From: an uncultured Muribaculaceae bacterium
Lineage (GTDB): Bacteria > Bacillota_I > Bacilli_A > RF39 > UBA660
DNA length: 64,000 nt
NCBI GenBank assembly: GCA_964486215.1
Contig: CAZALI010000003.1
Coordinates: 15,534 to 79,533, forward strand
Direction: 5' to 3'
Part shown: in pieces, positions 30,140-42,155 of the stretch
Numbering within the stretch: the stretch's first letter is position 1
How the letters are laid out: each line of letters starts with the position of its first letter
Made by a program: the position numbers and the translations under genes
The notes under the pieces: model-generated
Told to the model about the DNA's origin: nothing
The model's database searches: none
Seen by the model: only the letters and a program-made list of their open reading frames with translations

Positions 30140-30140
30140 T

Positions 30141-33100
30141 TTATATATCTCTAAATCTATTTACTACTACCATACTTCCCACACTACTTAGTAATAATAA
30201 TATATATGGAAATATATCAAATAATAAACCTGTTGGTGTAGTACTACTTAATGTATCAGTAAATGTAGAAGTAATATCTGTACCACTAAATGTACCAGAA
30301 TCATTTGTCTTAGTTAGAGTATAACTTCCATTATCTTGGGTAATTGTATAAGTATAACCTGTTGGGAAGTATATATCTATATACTGATTATGATGTAGAG
30401 TAAATGTTGCATTTCCAGAACTGAATGTTAAGTTACCAGACTTAGATCCTGTATAAGCATATGTTCCAGATATACCTGTACCACTATTTTTAACATTTAT
30501 CGTAAAAGTAAATTCCTTTAAAGCATCTGCTTGATTACCTTTTACAGTTTCAGTAATAGTTAGTTTTGTTCTCAACCAGTGGGCATATAAAGTACCATTA
30601 GCTGTGAAGTTAGTATTGGAAGCAGATGAGGTTAATTTACCTGATGAATTAATGTACTGAGTACCTCCAGTTGCGCTAGTATAATATCCTCCAAATGCAT
30701 AACCTGTTTTAGTTGGAATTGTTATACCATTCGCACTAGTAGTCATTTGATTTGTACAACTACTCTCTAAATAATATCCTGTAGCATATTTTTCGTAGAT
30801 AGCTGTACTACCTGCTGTTGTTGCCGACTGATTATCTAAGCTTATAGTATATATATTTGGCGTCCATTTAGCATACAAGGTAGCATTTTGTCCTGTCATT
30901 GTCCAACTATTATATGTAGTTGATGGTGTTAAAGTACTAGTATTTTTAACAATTACATTTCCTACGTATCCTGGGAAGACAGATCCACTATCATAGCTAG
31001 TAGCATTTGCTTCAGCTCCTACATAAAGGTTAGCTGTAGAGTGATAATTTATAGTATCAGTTTTTGAGCTTGTTCCTACAACTGAGCCATCATAATAAGC
31101 AGTTACCGTACTTCCATTATAAACTAAGTCAAAGTCATGCCATCCTGGACTAATATTATTAACTCCCCAGTTTTGGCCTGTGCTTATTATAACATAACTT
31201 GTTCCTACCATAAGATAATAGGAAAGGGTTTTGGCAGTTCCACCTTCAAAGACTATTTCATAGCCTCCACTTTCAGTACTTGAAAGTATGGCAATTGATG
31301 AACTTGTATTATTAAGTGTTGACCAATCTGGCATATAAGCAGAGGCATGGATGGATATAACATCTGTATAATTATATTCTCTACCCATATTAATAACATT
31401 AGATCCTGTTCCATTAATATTGGCATACCAACCTTTAAAACTATAGCCAGTTCTTGTTGGAGTCGGTAAATCTGTTAGCGTCTGTCCATAAGTTTTAGTC
31501 ATAGATGTTGGACTAACAGTTCCGCCATTAGCATTAAATGTCAAAGTATAATCAGTATTTTCATATTGAGCATATAATGTTTGATTAGTTGTAGTTGCCC
31601 ATGCGGAAGTTGTAGTATAGCCTGATACTGCTGTTCCAGTGAATGATCCATCGGCATTTAGTACTTTTGTTCCTCCAGAAGAGGCAGTATACCAACCTTC
31701 TAATTGTTTTTGACTTGGAGGAGTTACTGTAGGAATTGATCCAACCGTTGTGTTACGTATTCCTGTATATACTCCTGTAGAGCCAGTTTTTGTATATACT
31801 GTTCCTCCTCCACTTCCTCCATTAGCATTAAAAGTAAGTGTGGCATTGTTTATATAAAAGTTAACTGTCGTTGAGCCACTATAATAGGAATTCGTTGTAT
31901 TGTTATAAGCATTAGTATTTGTAATAGTTATGGAAGCAGTACCTATATTTGTGTTGGACGAACATGAATATGTATATTCTGTATTATTCGTTAAAGTAGT
32001 TGATCCATCTTTTACTGTTGGTGTTGGACAATGAGAGTTTCCATCGTATACATAGCTTGTTGGAGATAGTGTTATTGCCAAAGACGAAGCTGCCTTTGTC
32101 CAATGTGCATATAAAGTAACATTAGATGTGCCTAAATATACTTGATTGTTTCCTGACCAATATGATGCGCCGTGATCTGATGCTGTTCTGTGAGCCCAAG
32201 CATCATTAAAAGCTGGGTAATAATATAAACTAGTATCTGGAAAACTGTCTGTGCTAGACATAACACTTTTCCAGCCTGATCCTGTATATCTATCCAAGCT
32301 ATAGTAAAACTCAGAGTTACCATCACCCCACTCACGAGTATAGAGCTCAGCATAGTAATATGAACCGTTATAGTATCCCAAGCCATATTCTTCTGTTCCA
32401 GTACAATTATCATATACTCCACCACAACTCATTGTAGTATATGGCAAATCAGCAGTACTAGTAGAAGGATGGGCTGTATTAGACCAATATGAATTGTTGG
32501 ATGTAGGAGCTCCTGTATTAGTGAAAACTTGTGTACCACTTGGTAATGAATCATACCAACCACCAAAAGTATATCCATCTCTAGTTGCTGTTGGAATAGC
32601 ACCTTGAGTATCGTTCCTAATGCCAGTAAATGAAAGATTAGTTCCCTGTCTTAAATATTGGGGACTAGTCCCACTTATTGTTCCACTATTAGCGTTAAAA
32701 GTTGCTGTAACATTATTTACTGTTACTTCGATATCCGCGGTAGTTGACGATGTTATAGTAGACGATGTCCCCCCACCAGAACTTGACACATACACTCGAC
32801 ATGAGTACCACCTTTGGCCAATATATGACGAAGTATTTATTGTTTTTGTAGCTGTGGATGTTGGTTCTGTCCAATTTGATGGTGTTCCACCATCACTCGT
32901 AGCATATCCAAATGAATAGTATTTGACAACTTCTGTATATGATGTCGTTGTAGCACATGTAAGTGTTGGATTGGCTTCACCAAATATTTTGTTAGTTGCT
33001 CCAGTTATTGTAGGTGTGGCTGGGTTGTTCACAGTCCAATGTGCATAAAGAGTTAAATTAGATGTTCCTTTCCAGACACTTGTTCCAGTATGTTCTTGAG

Positions 33101-34712
33101 CATATGAATATGATGGCAACGATGAAGATAATTCATTACTAATAGTTGCTGTCGTACCAGAAATAGATATAGAGAATATCCAAGATGATGCTCTACCATA
33201 TAGAGTATTATTATATACTGTGAGTATTCCATCTTTAAGTGTATCTCCAGTAGATGTTAATTTTGTCCAAGTACCGCCACTATACCTAAATAAGTCTCTT
33301 CTAGTCAACGTATTATCTCCACTATCATAATCATATGATGCTAAAGCATATACATAATTGTCATGATATACCATACTTATTACTTCATCATATGTTGAAT
33401 GTTGAACTAATAATGAGTTCCCTAGTGCTGTATATGCTGGCCCATTACCATTGCCATCCCAATAGCTACTACTATTAACTGCTCTGCCATATTCATCAAA
33501 AACTTGGGTGCCACCAGATGAAGACGTATACCAACCATCAAAAGTATGGCCAGTTCTTGTAGGTATTCCTGGCATATTATTTAAAAGCGAATCATATGTT
33601 ACTGTTTTGGTGCTTGTGCTTGTTGTATTTTGAAATGTTCCATACCGTGGATTAAATGTTATTGTATAATCATTTGGTTCATAATCAGCATAAAGTGTTA
33701 CGGAATTATCAGCACCTGCTATACTTTTACCAACTGCGGCTGCAAAGCTTTGACCTGTATGTGAAACAGTAGCATCTATAAGCGTTCCTGTGGCACTATC
33801 TATATGCCATTTATTATTTCCGTGATATCCTGTCTTTTGAAGTCCATACGTTCCATTACCTGATGGGTTAGTATCAGCTACTCCATCAGAATATGTGGTG
33901 AAATAATTAAGCGTTGAAGAACCTAAACTTTGATTAGTAACTGCTGCTCCTGCTTGAGTATCATATGTTGCTCCATTACCATTATAGTTTACTGTTATTT
34001 TTGTTTGGGCATACGTCATATTAAAAGACTGAGAGCCATTAGCATATACCTCTAAATTATTAGTTTTTAGTCTAATTGCTGCTATATTCATTGAAAAATA
34101 ACAGTTCTTTGTAGCTCCACCTTGGGCATAGTTAGCTAGAGTTTTATCTCCACCTGTGCCAGATGCCGTGTAGCAGACGTAGTGTGGAACTTCATCATAT
34201 GAAGATGAATGCGCACGAGACGTTAATTTTTGACCTGCTGCGACTGTAATACTAACTGGTATATTTTTTAAATAAATATAGTGAGTTTCGTTTGTTGTAC
34301 CATCTCCCCTAACTTTACTTGTGGCATAACTTGTAGCTGATTTATCCGCTACTGTGACATTTGTTCCACTACCAGTTTCTTTGGCAATACTTATTTTTAC
34401 GTTTTTGCTATTATCAGTGTAGCTATCCCATACAGCAGTGGTTGTACTAGCTCCCGTACTAGACGGAGCTGTTGCCCAAGTTCCTGTTAGTCTATATTTA
34501 TTGGTAGTTCCAGCATAATCAGTTACTTGAATCCAACCATATCCTGTTTCGTATAATCTATTAGAGGAGACAGTTGGTACTGAGGCAGCATATGCAGGAT
34601 TTGCTATGGTATATGTGAAGGCAGAAATTGAAGCAACTAAAAACATAGCTAAAAATAATTTTAACTTTGTTAGTTCTTTATAAATAAATTTTTGACTATA
34701 TCTAGTCTTCAA
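30141..34712 (-). CDS. Giant surface protein 1 (1523 aa): signal peptide, Listeria-Bacteroides (InlB B-repeat/flg_new-type) repeats, pilin-isopeptide/Cna-B-like C-domain, PTG-type sorting-signal-like tail
   Basis: TTG start with RBS GAAGGTAG. Signal peptide ends ANPAYA|AS. Many units of the form TFNANGG...PTRTGYTFxGWYT..GGTxV. The C-terminus is KEFTFTINV...TFTLHHNQYIDIYFPTGYTYTITQ then TTPTGLLFD, a TM and NRFRDI. Confidence 0.8.
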   Translation of the reverse strand: MKTRYSQKFIYKELTKLKLFLAMFLVASISAFTYTIANPAYAASVPTVSSNRLYETGYGWIQVTDYAGTTNKYRLTGTWATAPSSTGASTTTAVWDSYTDNSKNVKISIAKETGSGTNVTVADKSATSYATSKVRGDGTTNETHYIYLKNIPVSITVAAGQKLTSRAHSSSYDEVPHYVCYTASGTGGDKTLANYAQGGATKNCYFSMNIAAIRLKTNNLEVYANGSQSFNMTYAQTKITVNYNGNGATYDTQAGAAVTNQSLGSSTLNYFTTYSDGVADTNPSGNGTYGLQKTGYHGNNKWHIDSATGTLIDATVSHTGQSFAAAVGKSIAGADNSVTLYADYEPNDYTITFNPRYGTFQNTTSTSTKTVTYDSLLNNMPGIPTRTGHTFDGWYTSSSGGTQVFDEYGRAVNSSSYWDGNGNGPAYTALGNSLLVQHSTYDEVISMVYHDNYVYALASYDYDSGDNTLTRRDLFRYSGGTWTKLTSTGDTLKDGILTVYNNTLYGRASSWIFSISISGTTATISNELSSSLPSYSYAQEHTGTSVWKGTSNLTLYAHWTVNNPATPTITGATNKIFGEANPTLTCATTTSYTEVVKYYSFGYATSDGGTPSNWTEPTSTATKTINTSSYIGQRWYSCRVYVSSSGGGTSSTITSSTTADIEVTVNNVTATFNANSGTISGTSPQYLRQGTNLSFTGIRNDTQGAIPTATRDGYTFGGWYDSLPSGTQVFTNTGAPTSNNSYWSNTAHPSTSTADLPYTTMSCGGVYDNCTGTEEYGLGYYNGSYYYAELYTREWGDGNSEFYYSLDRYTGSGWKSVMSSTDSFPDTSLYYYPAFNDAWAHRTASDHGASYWSGNNQVYLGTSNVTLYAHWTKAASSLAITLSPTSYVYDGNSHCPTPTVKDGSTTLTNNTEYTYSCSSNTNIGTASITITNTNAYNNTTNSYYSGSTTVNFYINNATLTFNANGGSGGGTVYTKTGSTGVYTGIRNTTVGSIPTVTPPSQKQLEGWYTASSGGTKVLNADGSFTGTAVSGYTTTSAWATTTNQTLYAQYENTDYTLTFNANGGTVSPTSMTKTYGQTLTDLPTPTRTGYSFKGWYANINGTGSNVINMGREYNYTDVISIHASAYMPDWSTLNNTSSSIAILSSTESGGYEIVFEGGTAKTLSYYLMVGTSYVIISTGQNWGVNNISPGWHDFDLVYNGSTVTAYYDGSVVGTSSKTDTINYHSTANLYVGAEANATSYDSGSVFPGYVGNVIVKNTSTLTPSTTYNSWTMTGQNATLYAKWTPNIYTISLDNQSATTAGSTAIYEKYATGYYLESSCTNQMTTSANGITIPTKTGYAFGGYYTSATGGTQYINSSGKLTSSASNTNFTANGTLYAHWLRTKLTITETVKGNQADALKEFTFTINVKNSGTGISGTYAYTGSKSGNLTFSSGNATFTLHHNQYIDIYFPTGYTYTITQDNGSYTLTKTNDSGTFSGTDITSTFTDTLSSTTPTGLLFDIFPYILLLLSSVGSMVVVNRFRDI

Positions 34713-34747
34713 TTTATCTACCTTCTATCCTATAATATTCCAATTTT

Positions 34748-34776
34748 ATTATATTAAAATTTTTCTTGTCTTTCAA
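34748..34776 (-). promoter_or_regulatory. Sigma-A promoter of giant gene 1
   Basis: On the minus strand, TTGAAA (34771-34776), a 17-nt spacer, then TATAAT (34748-34753). Confidence 0.6.
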
Positions 34777-34783
34777 TAGAAAA

Positions 34784-34809
34784 AAAGAATTATATTTCTA
34801 TAATTCTTT
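34784..34809 (-). terminator. Terminator hairpin T2 (same family as T1)
   Basis: Stem AAAGAATTAT/ATAATTCTTT (34784-34793 / 34800-34809) with a T-run, downstream of the 194-aa gene. Confidence 0.8.
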
Positions 34810-34828
34810 TTATATTTAATAGATTTTA

Positions 34829-35413
34829 TTACTCATTTTGAACATAGTTTAAATTAGTAGTTAATGTTATAGTAGCATCTTCTTCTGGTAAGAATTCTTG
34901 TTCTACATCTTCTTTGTATTCTACTTTTACATTTAATCTTGCTGTTACATTAGTTGCTAATAATATTGGAGGATTTAGAGTAATATTACCATTACCAAAA
35001 TCTTCATATGCTACATTATTTTTATTAGGATTGTAAGTCATTTCAATATCCATATATTTTGATTGAGCTTCTGTTAATACTGTTGTTGTTACTGTATTTA
35101 ATTGTGCTGGCAATGTACCATCATTAATTATATCTACATAGTATTCATATTTATCTCCTGGCTCTTGTAGTGTTACAGAGTATGTCAACATTGTATTATT
35201 TAAACTTACACTGTCTGCTGTTACACTATTTTCTCTTATATGATATGAGTCTTGAACAAAATGAACACTCCACTTACTTCCTTTAAATGTAGCTGCTCCA
35301 TTAATATTTAATGTTCTAGAATAAACAGCAAATCCTATAGACATAAGTAATATAACTATTATTAAAGCTACAATTACTACATTTTGTTTATCAAATTTTT
35401 CTTGGGTTTTCAT
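34829..35413 (-). CDS. Hypothetical signal-anchored beta-rich extracellular protein
   Basis: 194 aa with an N-terminal TM (VVIVALIIVILLMSIGFAVY), then TLNINGAATFKGSKWSVHF and LQEPGDKYEYYVDIINDGTLPA, a beta-sandwich-like pattern. No family named. Confidence 0.5.
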   Translation of the reverse strand: MKTQEKFDKQNVVIVALIIVILLMSIGFAVYSRTLNINGAATFKGSKWSVHFVQDSYHIRENSVTADSVSLNNTMLTYSVTLQEPGDKYEYYVDIINDGTLPAQLNTVTTTVLTEAQSKYMDIEMTYNPNKNNVAYEDFGNGNITLNPPILLATNVTARLNVKVEYKEDVEQEFLPEEDATITLTTNLNYVQNE

Positions 35414-35482
35414 ATGACCACTTCTTTCTATCTTATAAATTCATTATAACATTTATTTTATTTTTGTAAATTAAAAAAGGCA

Positions 35483-37635
<2,153 letters not shown>

Positions 37636-37689
37636 AGTATCACTTCCAAACGCTATAATTATAACAAAAAAGAAATAGTTTTTAAAGTA

Positions 37690-38547
37690 CTATTTCTTTT
37701 TTACTTTAGTTAAGATTTCATCATTTATAGTATTTGCTCCATTTTGAACTTTTAGTTTATTATCAGTTATACTAGCTCCTGATAATAAAACTTTTTTAGC
37801 ATAATTTAATGACTCTTTATATTTTTCTATACGTTTCTCATCACTTAAATTATCATAACCATCTTTTTGAACAGCATATAAATAATCAACAGCATTATAT
37901 AACATATCACCACTGAAAACATACTTTTTAGGCTCGCCATCTTCATCTTTAACAATTACTCCAGGAGCTGCGTCAACGCGTCTTCCATCACTTGTAATTC
38001 TGATATCTTGTGTAGTAATATCTAACTCGTCAGCAACGGCTCCTTTTATAGCGTCTAGTATCATTGTTTCAGATATTTCTCCACCATTTTCAATTATGTT
38101 ATCATAGTGTTTACTAATAGCATATAATTTTTTCTTAGCTTCTAGTCTTTTTTCTATTAATAAATCTTCATTAGTGTTACTATTACTTTCTTTTACTAAC
38201 TTTTCTATTTCTTCTATACCTAATTTTAATGTTTCTTTTTCTTCTTCTTTAGTTAATTGATTTTTTAGTAATGGTATTTGATTTAAATCTACGTCTTTTA
38301 TTAATTCTTGTACTTGTATAGCTTTTTCTAATTCAATAGCTTGTTCTATTTCTATTTTACGTAGATTATCTTGTTTTACTTCTGTATCTAGTGTAGTAAT
38401 CTTCTTTACTTTAGAATTTTTTAATATACTTTGAAGTGATGCACCATCTAATTCTATTTCTTTACTACAACCACAAAGTAAAGCAGAACCAGTAATCATA
38501 CCACTTATAGTTAAAATACTAATAGCTTGTTTTAATTTCTTGTTCAT
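37690..38547 (-). CDS. Hypothetical lipoprotein
   Basis: Start taken at MNKKLKQAISILTISGMITGSALLCGC, a lipobox-like LLCGC. The rest is helical and charged. Confidence 0.5.
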   Translation of the reverse strand: MNKKLKQAISILTISGMITGSALLCGCSKEIELDGASLQSILKNSKVKKITTLDTEVKQDNLRKIEIEQAIELEKAIQVQELIKDVDLNQIPLLKNQLTKEEEKETLKLGIEEIEKLVKESNSNTNEDLLIEKRLEAKKKLYAISKHYDNIIENGGEISETMILDAIKGAVADELDITTQDIRITSDGRRVDAAPGVIVKDEDGEPKKYVFSGDMLYNAVDYLYAVQKDGYDNLSDEKRIEKYKESLNYAKKVLLSGASITDNKLKVQNGANTINDEILTKVKKK

Positions 38548-38653
38548 ACTTCCATACCCCCTCGGATTAAAGTTATTAATCCATTCCATGAACGCGTATA
38601 ATTATAACATAAAATGGCTAAAAAATCAAGTTATAGTTGAATTTAAAAAGACA

Positions 38654-39652
38654 TTAAGACTTCTTAATGCCTAATACTTCATATGCATATGGTGTTACTA
38701 CTCGTCCTCTAGCAGTTCTTTTTAATAGTCCTTTTTGTAGTAAATATGGTTCATATACGTCTTCTATTGTCGTTACTTCTTCACCAATTGAAGATGATAA
38801 AGCTTCTATTCCTACTGGTCCACCATTAAATCTATTTATAATAGCAAGTAATAGTTCATGGTCTGTATTATCTAGTCCTAAATCATCTACTTTTAATTTT
38901 TGTAGAGCTTTTAGAGTAGTCTTTTTATCTATCTTTTTTAATCCTTCTACTTGAGCAAAATCTCTTACTCTTTTGAATAATCTATTAGCTACACGAGGAG
39001 TACCTCTACTTCTAAGAGCTAACTCATGAGCAGCATCTTCATCTATTTTAACATCTAATACTCGAGCTGTTCTTTTTACTATTTCTTCTAATTCATCTTC
39101 TGAATAATACTCAAGTTTTGCAGTTATACCAAATCTATCTCTTAGTGGAGAAGATAAGTCTCCAGCACGAGTCGTTGCACCTACTAAGGTAAATGGTGGA
39201 AGATCTATTTTTATATTACGAGAGTTTTCATCACTACCAACAATTATATCTAATGAATAATCTTCCATAGCTGGATATAATATTTCTTCAATATATCTTG
39301 GCATTCTATGTATCTCATCAATAAACAAGACATCGCCTGGTTCTAAGGATGATAAAATAGCTGCTAAGTCTCCTGCTTTTTCGATAGATGGACCAGAAGC
39401 TGTCTTAATATTTACTCCTAGTTCTCTAGCTATAATAAAAGATAGAGTTGTTTTACCTAGTCCTGGAGGTCCATACAATAAGACATGATCTAGTGCTTCA
39501 TTTCTCATTTTAGCTGCTTCTATAAATACTTTAATATTATCTTTAACAGCACTTTGACCAATATATTCAGAAATAGTTTCTGGTCTTATAGTATTATCTT
39601 CTATCTTATCATCTTCAGTTGTATAGTTTGTAATAATACTTTCTTCTTTCAT
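38654..39652 (-). CDS. ruvB: Holliday junction branch migration ATPase RuvB
   Basis: 332 aa with Walker [15 protein letters not shown] and the RuvB winged-helix C-terminus. Confidence 0.95.
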   Translation of the reverse strand: MKEESIITNYTTEDDKIEDNTIRPETISEYIGQSAVKDNIKVFIEAAKMRNEALDHVLLYGPPGLGKTTLSFIIARELGVNIKTASGPSIEKAGDLAAILSSLEPGDVLFIDEIHRMPRYIEEILYPAMEDYSLDIIVGSDENSRNIKIDLPPFTLVGATTRAGDLSSPLRDRFGITAKLEYYSEDELEEIVKRTARVLDVKIDEDAAHELALRSRGTPRVANRLFKRVRDFAQVEGLKKIDKKTTLKALQKLKVDDLGLDNTDHELLLAIINRFNGGPVGIEALSSSIGEEVTTIEDVYEPYLLQKGLLKRTARGRVVTPYAYEVLGIKKS

Positions 39653-39661
39653 ATTAACCTC

Positions 39662-40225
39662 CTATTTTAATAGTAATTTTAGTGCATCTTTTACTTGATC
39701 TTCTATTGTGAGTGACGTATCTACTCTAGCTAAAACTGGTTTTATTTCTTTCTCTTTATAACCTAGACCTAATAGAACTTCTTCTAATTCTCTTTCTGTT
39801 TCTACTGTTTCATCAGATACACCAATACCAATAAATTCTAGTTTTCCTTTTAAGTCTAATACTATCTGTCTAGCTAGTTTTTCTCCTATTTTTGGGAACT
39901 TCTTTAAATACAAGATATTTTCTCTTTCGATAGCATCCATTATTCCTTCTATAGATCCTGTTGCGAGTATAGGTAGTGTCATCTTTGGCCCTAGTCCTTT
40001 AACAGAAATTAGCTTTAAGAATAATTCTTTTTCTTCTAATGTTTTAAATCCATATAAAACATCTTCATTCTCAGTAATATGTTCATATATATATACTTTT
40101 ATTTTCTCTTTTTCAGAAAAAGAATATGGATTAGCTACGTATACTAAGTAACCTATACCATTATTATCTATTACAATAGCATTATTCTTATAATCAGTTA
40201 TTGTACCTATAATATAATCATACAT
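39662..40225 (-). CDS. ruvA: Holliday junction DNA helicase subunit RuvA
   Basis: 187 aa with an OB N-domain (MYDYIIGTI) and the HhH region LISVKGLGPKM...FPKIGEKLARQI. Confidence 0.9.
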   Translation of the reverse strand: MYDYIIGTITDYKNNAIVIDNNGIGYLVYVANPYSFSEKEKIKVYIYEHITENEDVLYGFKTLEEKELFLKLISVKGLGPKMTLPILATGSIEGIMDAIERENILYLKKFPKIGEKLARQIVLDLKGKLEFIGIGVSDETVETERELEEVLLGLGYKEKEIKPVLARVDTSLTIEDQVKDALKLLLK

Positions 40226-40303
40226 TATATCAACTCCATTGTTATTATAAAATAATTTTATATTTATATCTACTTTATTATTTATATATAAATATTAATA
40301 ATA

Positions 40304-42100
40304 TTATTTTTTATTTATTTTATCTATTAATTTATCACTATTAGATTCATCTTCTACTTGTTCTAATAATTCTTCACTTTCTTGTACTTTAATATTTTTA
40401 TTTTTAGCTTCTTCTTCATGTATTAAGACATTATAAGCTACTTTACCTACTAATGTTTTTGGAAGTTCATCTCTAAATTCATACTCATATGGCCATGAGA
40501 AACGAGCTAAATTCTTTCTTACTAAAGCTTTAATAGAGGCTAGAACATCTTCTGATGGTCTAATATTATTCTTTAAGACAATAAAAGCTTTAGCTACTGT
40601 TACTTTATATGGATGAGGTATTCCTATAACACATGATGTTTTTACATCAGGATGTGTATTTATGACATTTTCTATATTATTTGGATATACACAGTAACCT
40701 GATGTGATAATCATTCTTTTTAGACGACCTTTAAAGTAGACATAGCCATCTTTATCCATAATACCTTCATCACCAGTATGAAGCCATATTCTACCATCTT
40801 TATGTTTTTTTAGAGCTTCATTTGTTTCTTTTTTATTTCTTATATAACCAGCCATAACAGTAGGACCAGTTATTACTATTTCTCCTACTTCTCCGTAAGG
40901 TAGCTCTTTTTCAGTACCTACTTCTACTATTTTAAAATACATATCAGGAAGTGGAATACCAATACTATTTTCACGATAGTAATTAAGTGGAGTTAGACAA
41001 CTAGCTGAACAACACTCAGTAAGTCCATATCCTTCACGTAATGTAGCAGGAGATGAATGTTTCTTTAACCAGCTATCAAAGTCTTTCTTTAATTCAGGAG
41101 TTAGACTATCTCCACCAGAAATTACACATTTTAAGTAATCTAGTTTCATATGTTTAAAACTTTTACTATTTAGAATAGCTTCATATAAAGTAGGAACTCC
41201 TATAATGGCATTAGGTTCATACTTCTTCATAATCTTATCAAATGTTTTAGCATTAAATTGAGGAATTAAAATACTAGTACAACCTAGGTACTGAGCACAG
41301 TGAATACATACACTTAGTCCAAAGCCATGAAAGATTGGCATAATAGCTAGAGCTGTATCACCTTCATTAATACAGGCAACATGCTCAAAACATTGCATAG
41401 CTGAAGCATTAAGATTTAAGTTAGTAAGTTTTACTCCTTTTGGAACTCCACTAGTACCTCCAGAATATAGAATAGTAACAATATCTTTAGCTCTTCCCTC
41501 TTCTACTATATCTTTTTTATAATCTTTACTTAACTTAATAAATTCTTTCCAATTTAGTTGTTTATCACATTTATCTATTCTTATCTTATAACCTTGTGTA
41601 GCAATATATAAAGGTACCATATACATAGGCATAGATTCAGCTACACTTACAGTTATTACTTTTTTTACTTTAGTATTTTTTAGTATTTTATTTATTTTAT
41701 TAAAAGCAAAATCAATAGTAATTAACCATTCTGATTTAGATAATTTTAAATATCTTTCTATTTCATTTTCAGCTGATAATGGGTGGATCATTGATGAGAT
41801 AGCTCCTATTTTATTTATGGCATAAAAAGCTATTATACCTTCTGGTATATTAGGTACACATATACTAACAACATCTCTTTTTTTAACACCAAGTGCTTTT
41901 AGAGATTTAGCTACGGTATCTATTTGTTCTAAAAACTCTTTATAAGTTTTCTTATTACCATAATAGTTATAACTAATATTATTAATGTGTTTACCAGATG
42001 TATATTCTACTAATTTATAAGCTGAAAAGTCAGGATATTCTAGGTGATATTTTTCTTTATCATAAAATTTACGCCATGGGGCTTTTATTTCTTTACTCAT
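40304..42100 (-). CDS. AMP-dependent synthetase/ligase (long-chain fatty acid-CoA ligase-like)
   Basis: AMP-binding motif YSGGTSGVPKGV, plus GYGLTE and TGDEG...DGYVYFKGRLKRMI. The ATG at 42098-42100 is preferred because the TTG in the track lies within RBS GGTGAG. Confidence 0.8.
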   Translation of the reverse strand: MSKEIKAPWRKFYDKEKYHLEYPDFSAYKLVEYTSGKHINNISYNYYGNKKTYKEFLEQIDTVAKSLKALGVKKRDVVSICVPNIPEGIIAFYAINKIGAISSMIHPLSAENEIERYLKLSKSEWLITIDFAFNKINKILKNTKVKKVITVSVAESMPMYMVPLYIATQGYKIRIDKCDKQLNWKEFIKLSKDYKKDIVEEGRAKDIVTILYSGGTSGVPKGVKLTNLNLNASAMQCFEHVACINEGDTALAIMPIFHGFGLSVCIHCAQYLGCTSILIPQFNAKTFDKIMKKYEPNAIIGVPTLYEAILNSKSFKHMKLDYLKCVISGGDSLTPELKKDFDSWLKKHSSPATLREGYGLTECCSASCLTPLNYYRENSIGIPLPDMYFKIVEVGTEKELPYGEVGEIVITGPTVMAGYIRNKKETNEALKKHKDGRIWLHTGDEGIMDKDGYVYFKGRLKRMIITSGYCVYPNNIENVINTHPDVKTSCVIGIPHPYKVTVAKAFIVLKNNIRPSEDVLASIKALVRKNLARFSWPYEYEFRDELPKTLVGKVAYNVLIHEEEAKNKNIKVQESEELLEQVEDESNSDKLIDKINKK

Positions 42101-42129
42101 TATACTCACCAATTAAATTATAGCATAAA

Positions 42130-42155
42130 AAAGAACTATCTTTCGATAATTCTTT
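42130..42155 (-). terminator. Terminator hairpin T3 (same family)
   Basis: Stem AAAGAACTATC/GATAATTCTTT. The single mismatch becomes a G-U pair only on the minus-strand RNA. It abuts the giant gene 2 stop. Confidence 0.75.

Noticed and set aside
30144-30245. The idea that the nearby prepilin peptidase cleaves the giants' C-terminal PTG|LLFD and PTG|LFFD sites (Gly followed by a hydrophobic helix with an acidic residue at +4, superficially like G|FTLIE).
   Set aside because: The topology is wrong. In these proteins the Gly faces the outside and the basic tail the cytoplasm, whereas A24 peptidases cut at the cytoplasmic face of an N-in helix. A sortase-type signal fits better.
32132-32425. Out-of-frame or antisense ORFs inside the giant genes: 32132-32425, 32620-32919, 42985-43215, 43753-43944, 44125-44475 and 45344-45944.
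   Set aside because: They are embedded in long, internally consistent repeat-protein frames. Their compositions (Val/Pro or Cys/Ile rich) are typical of frame-shifted Thr/Gly/Ser codon runs.
37636-37689. A preQ1 riboswitch upstream of queA-tgt.
   Set aside because: The 54-nt gap is filled by the upstream gene's terminator and a TGtTATAAT promoter, leaving a leader of only ~20 nt. That is too short for an aptamer.
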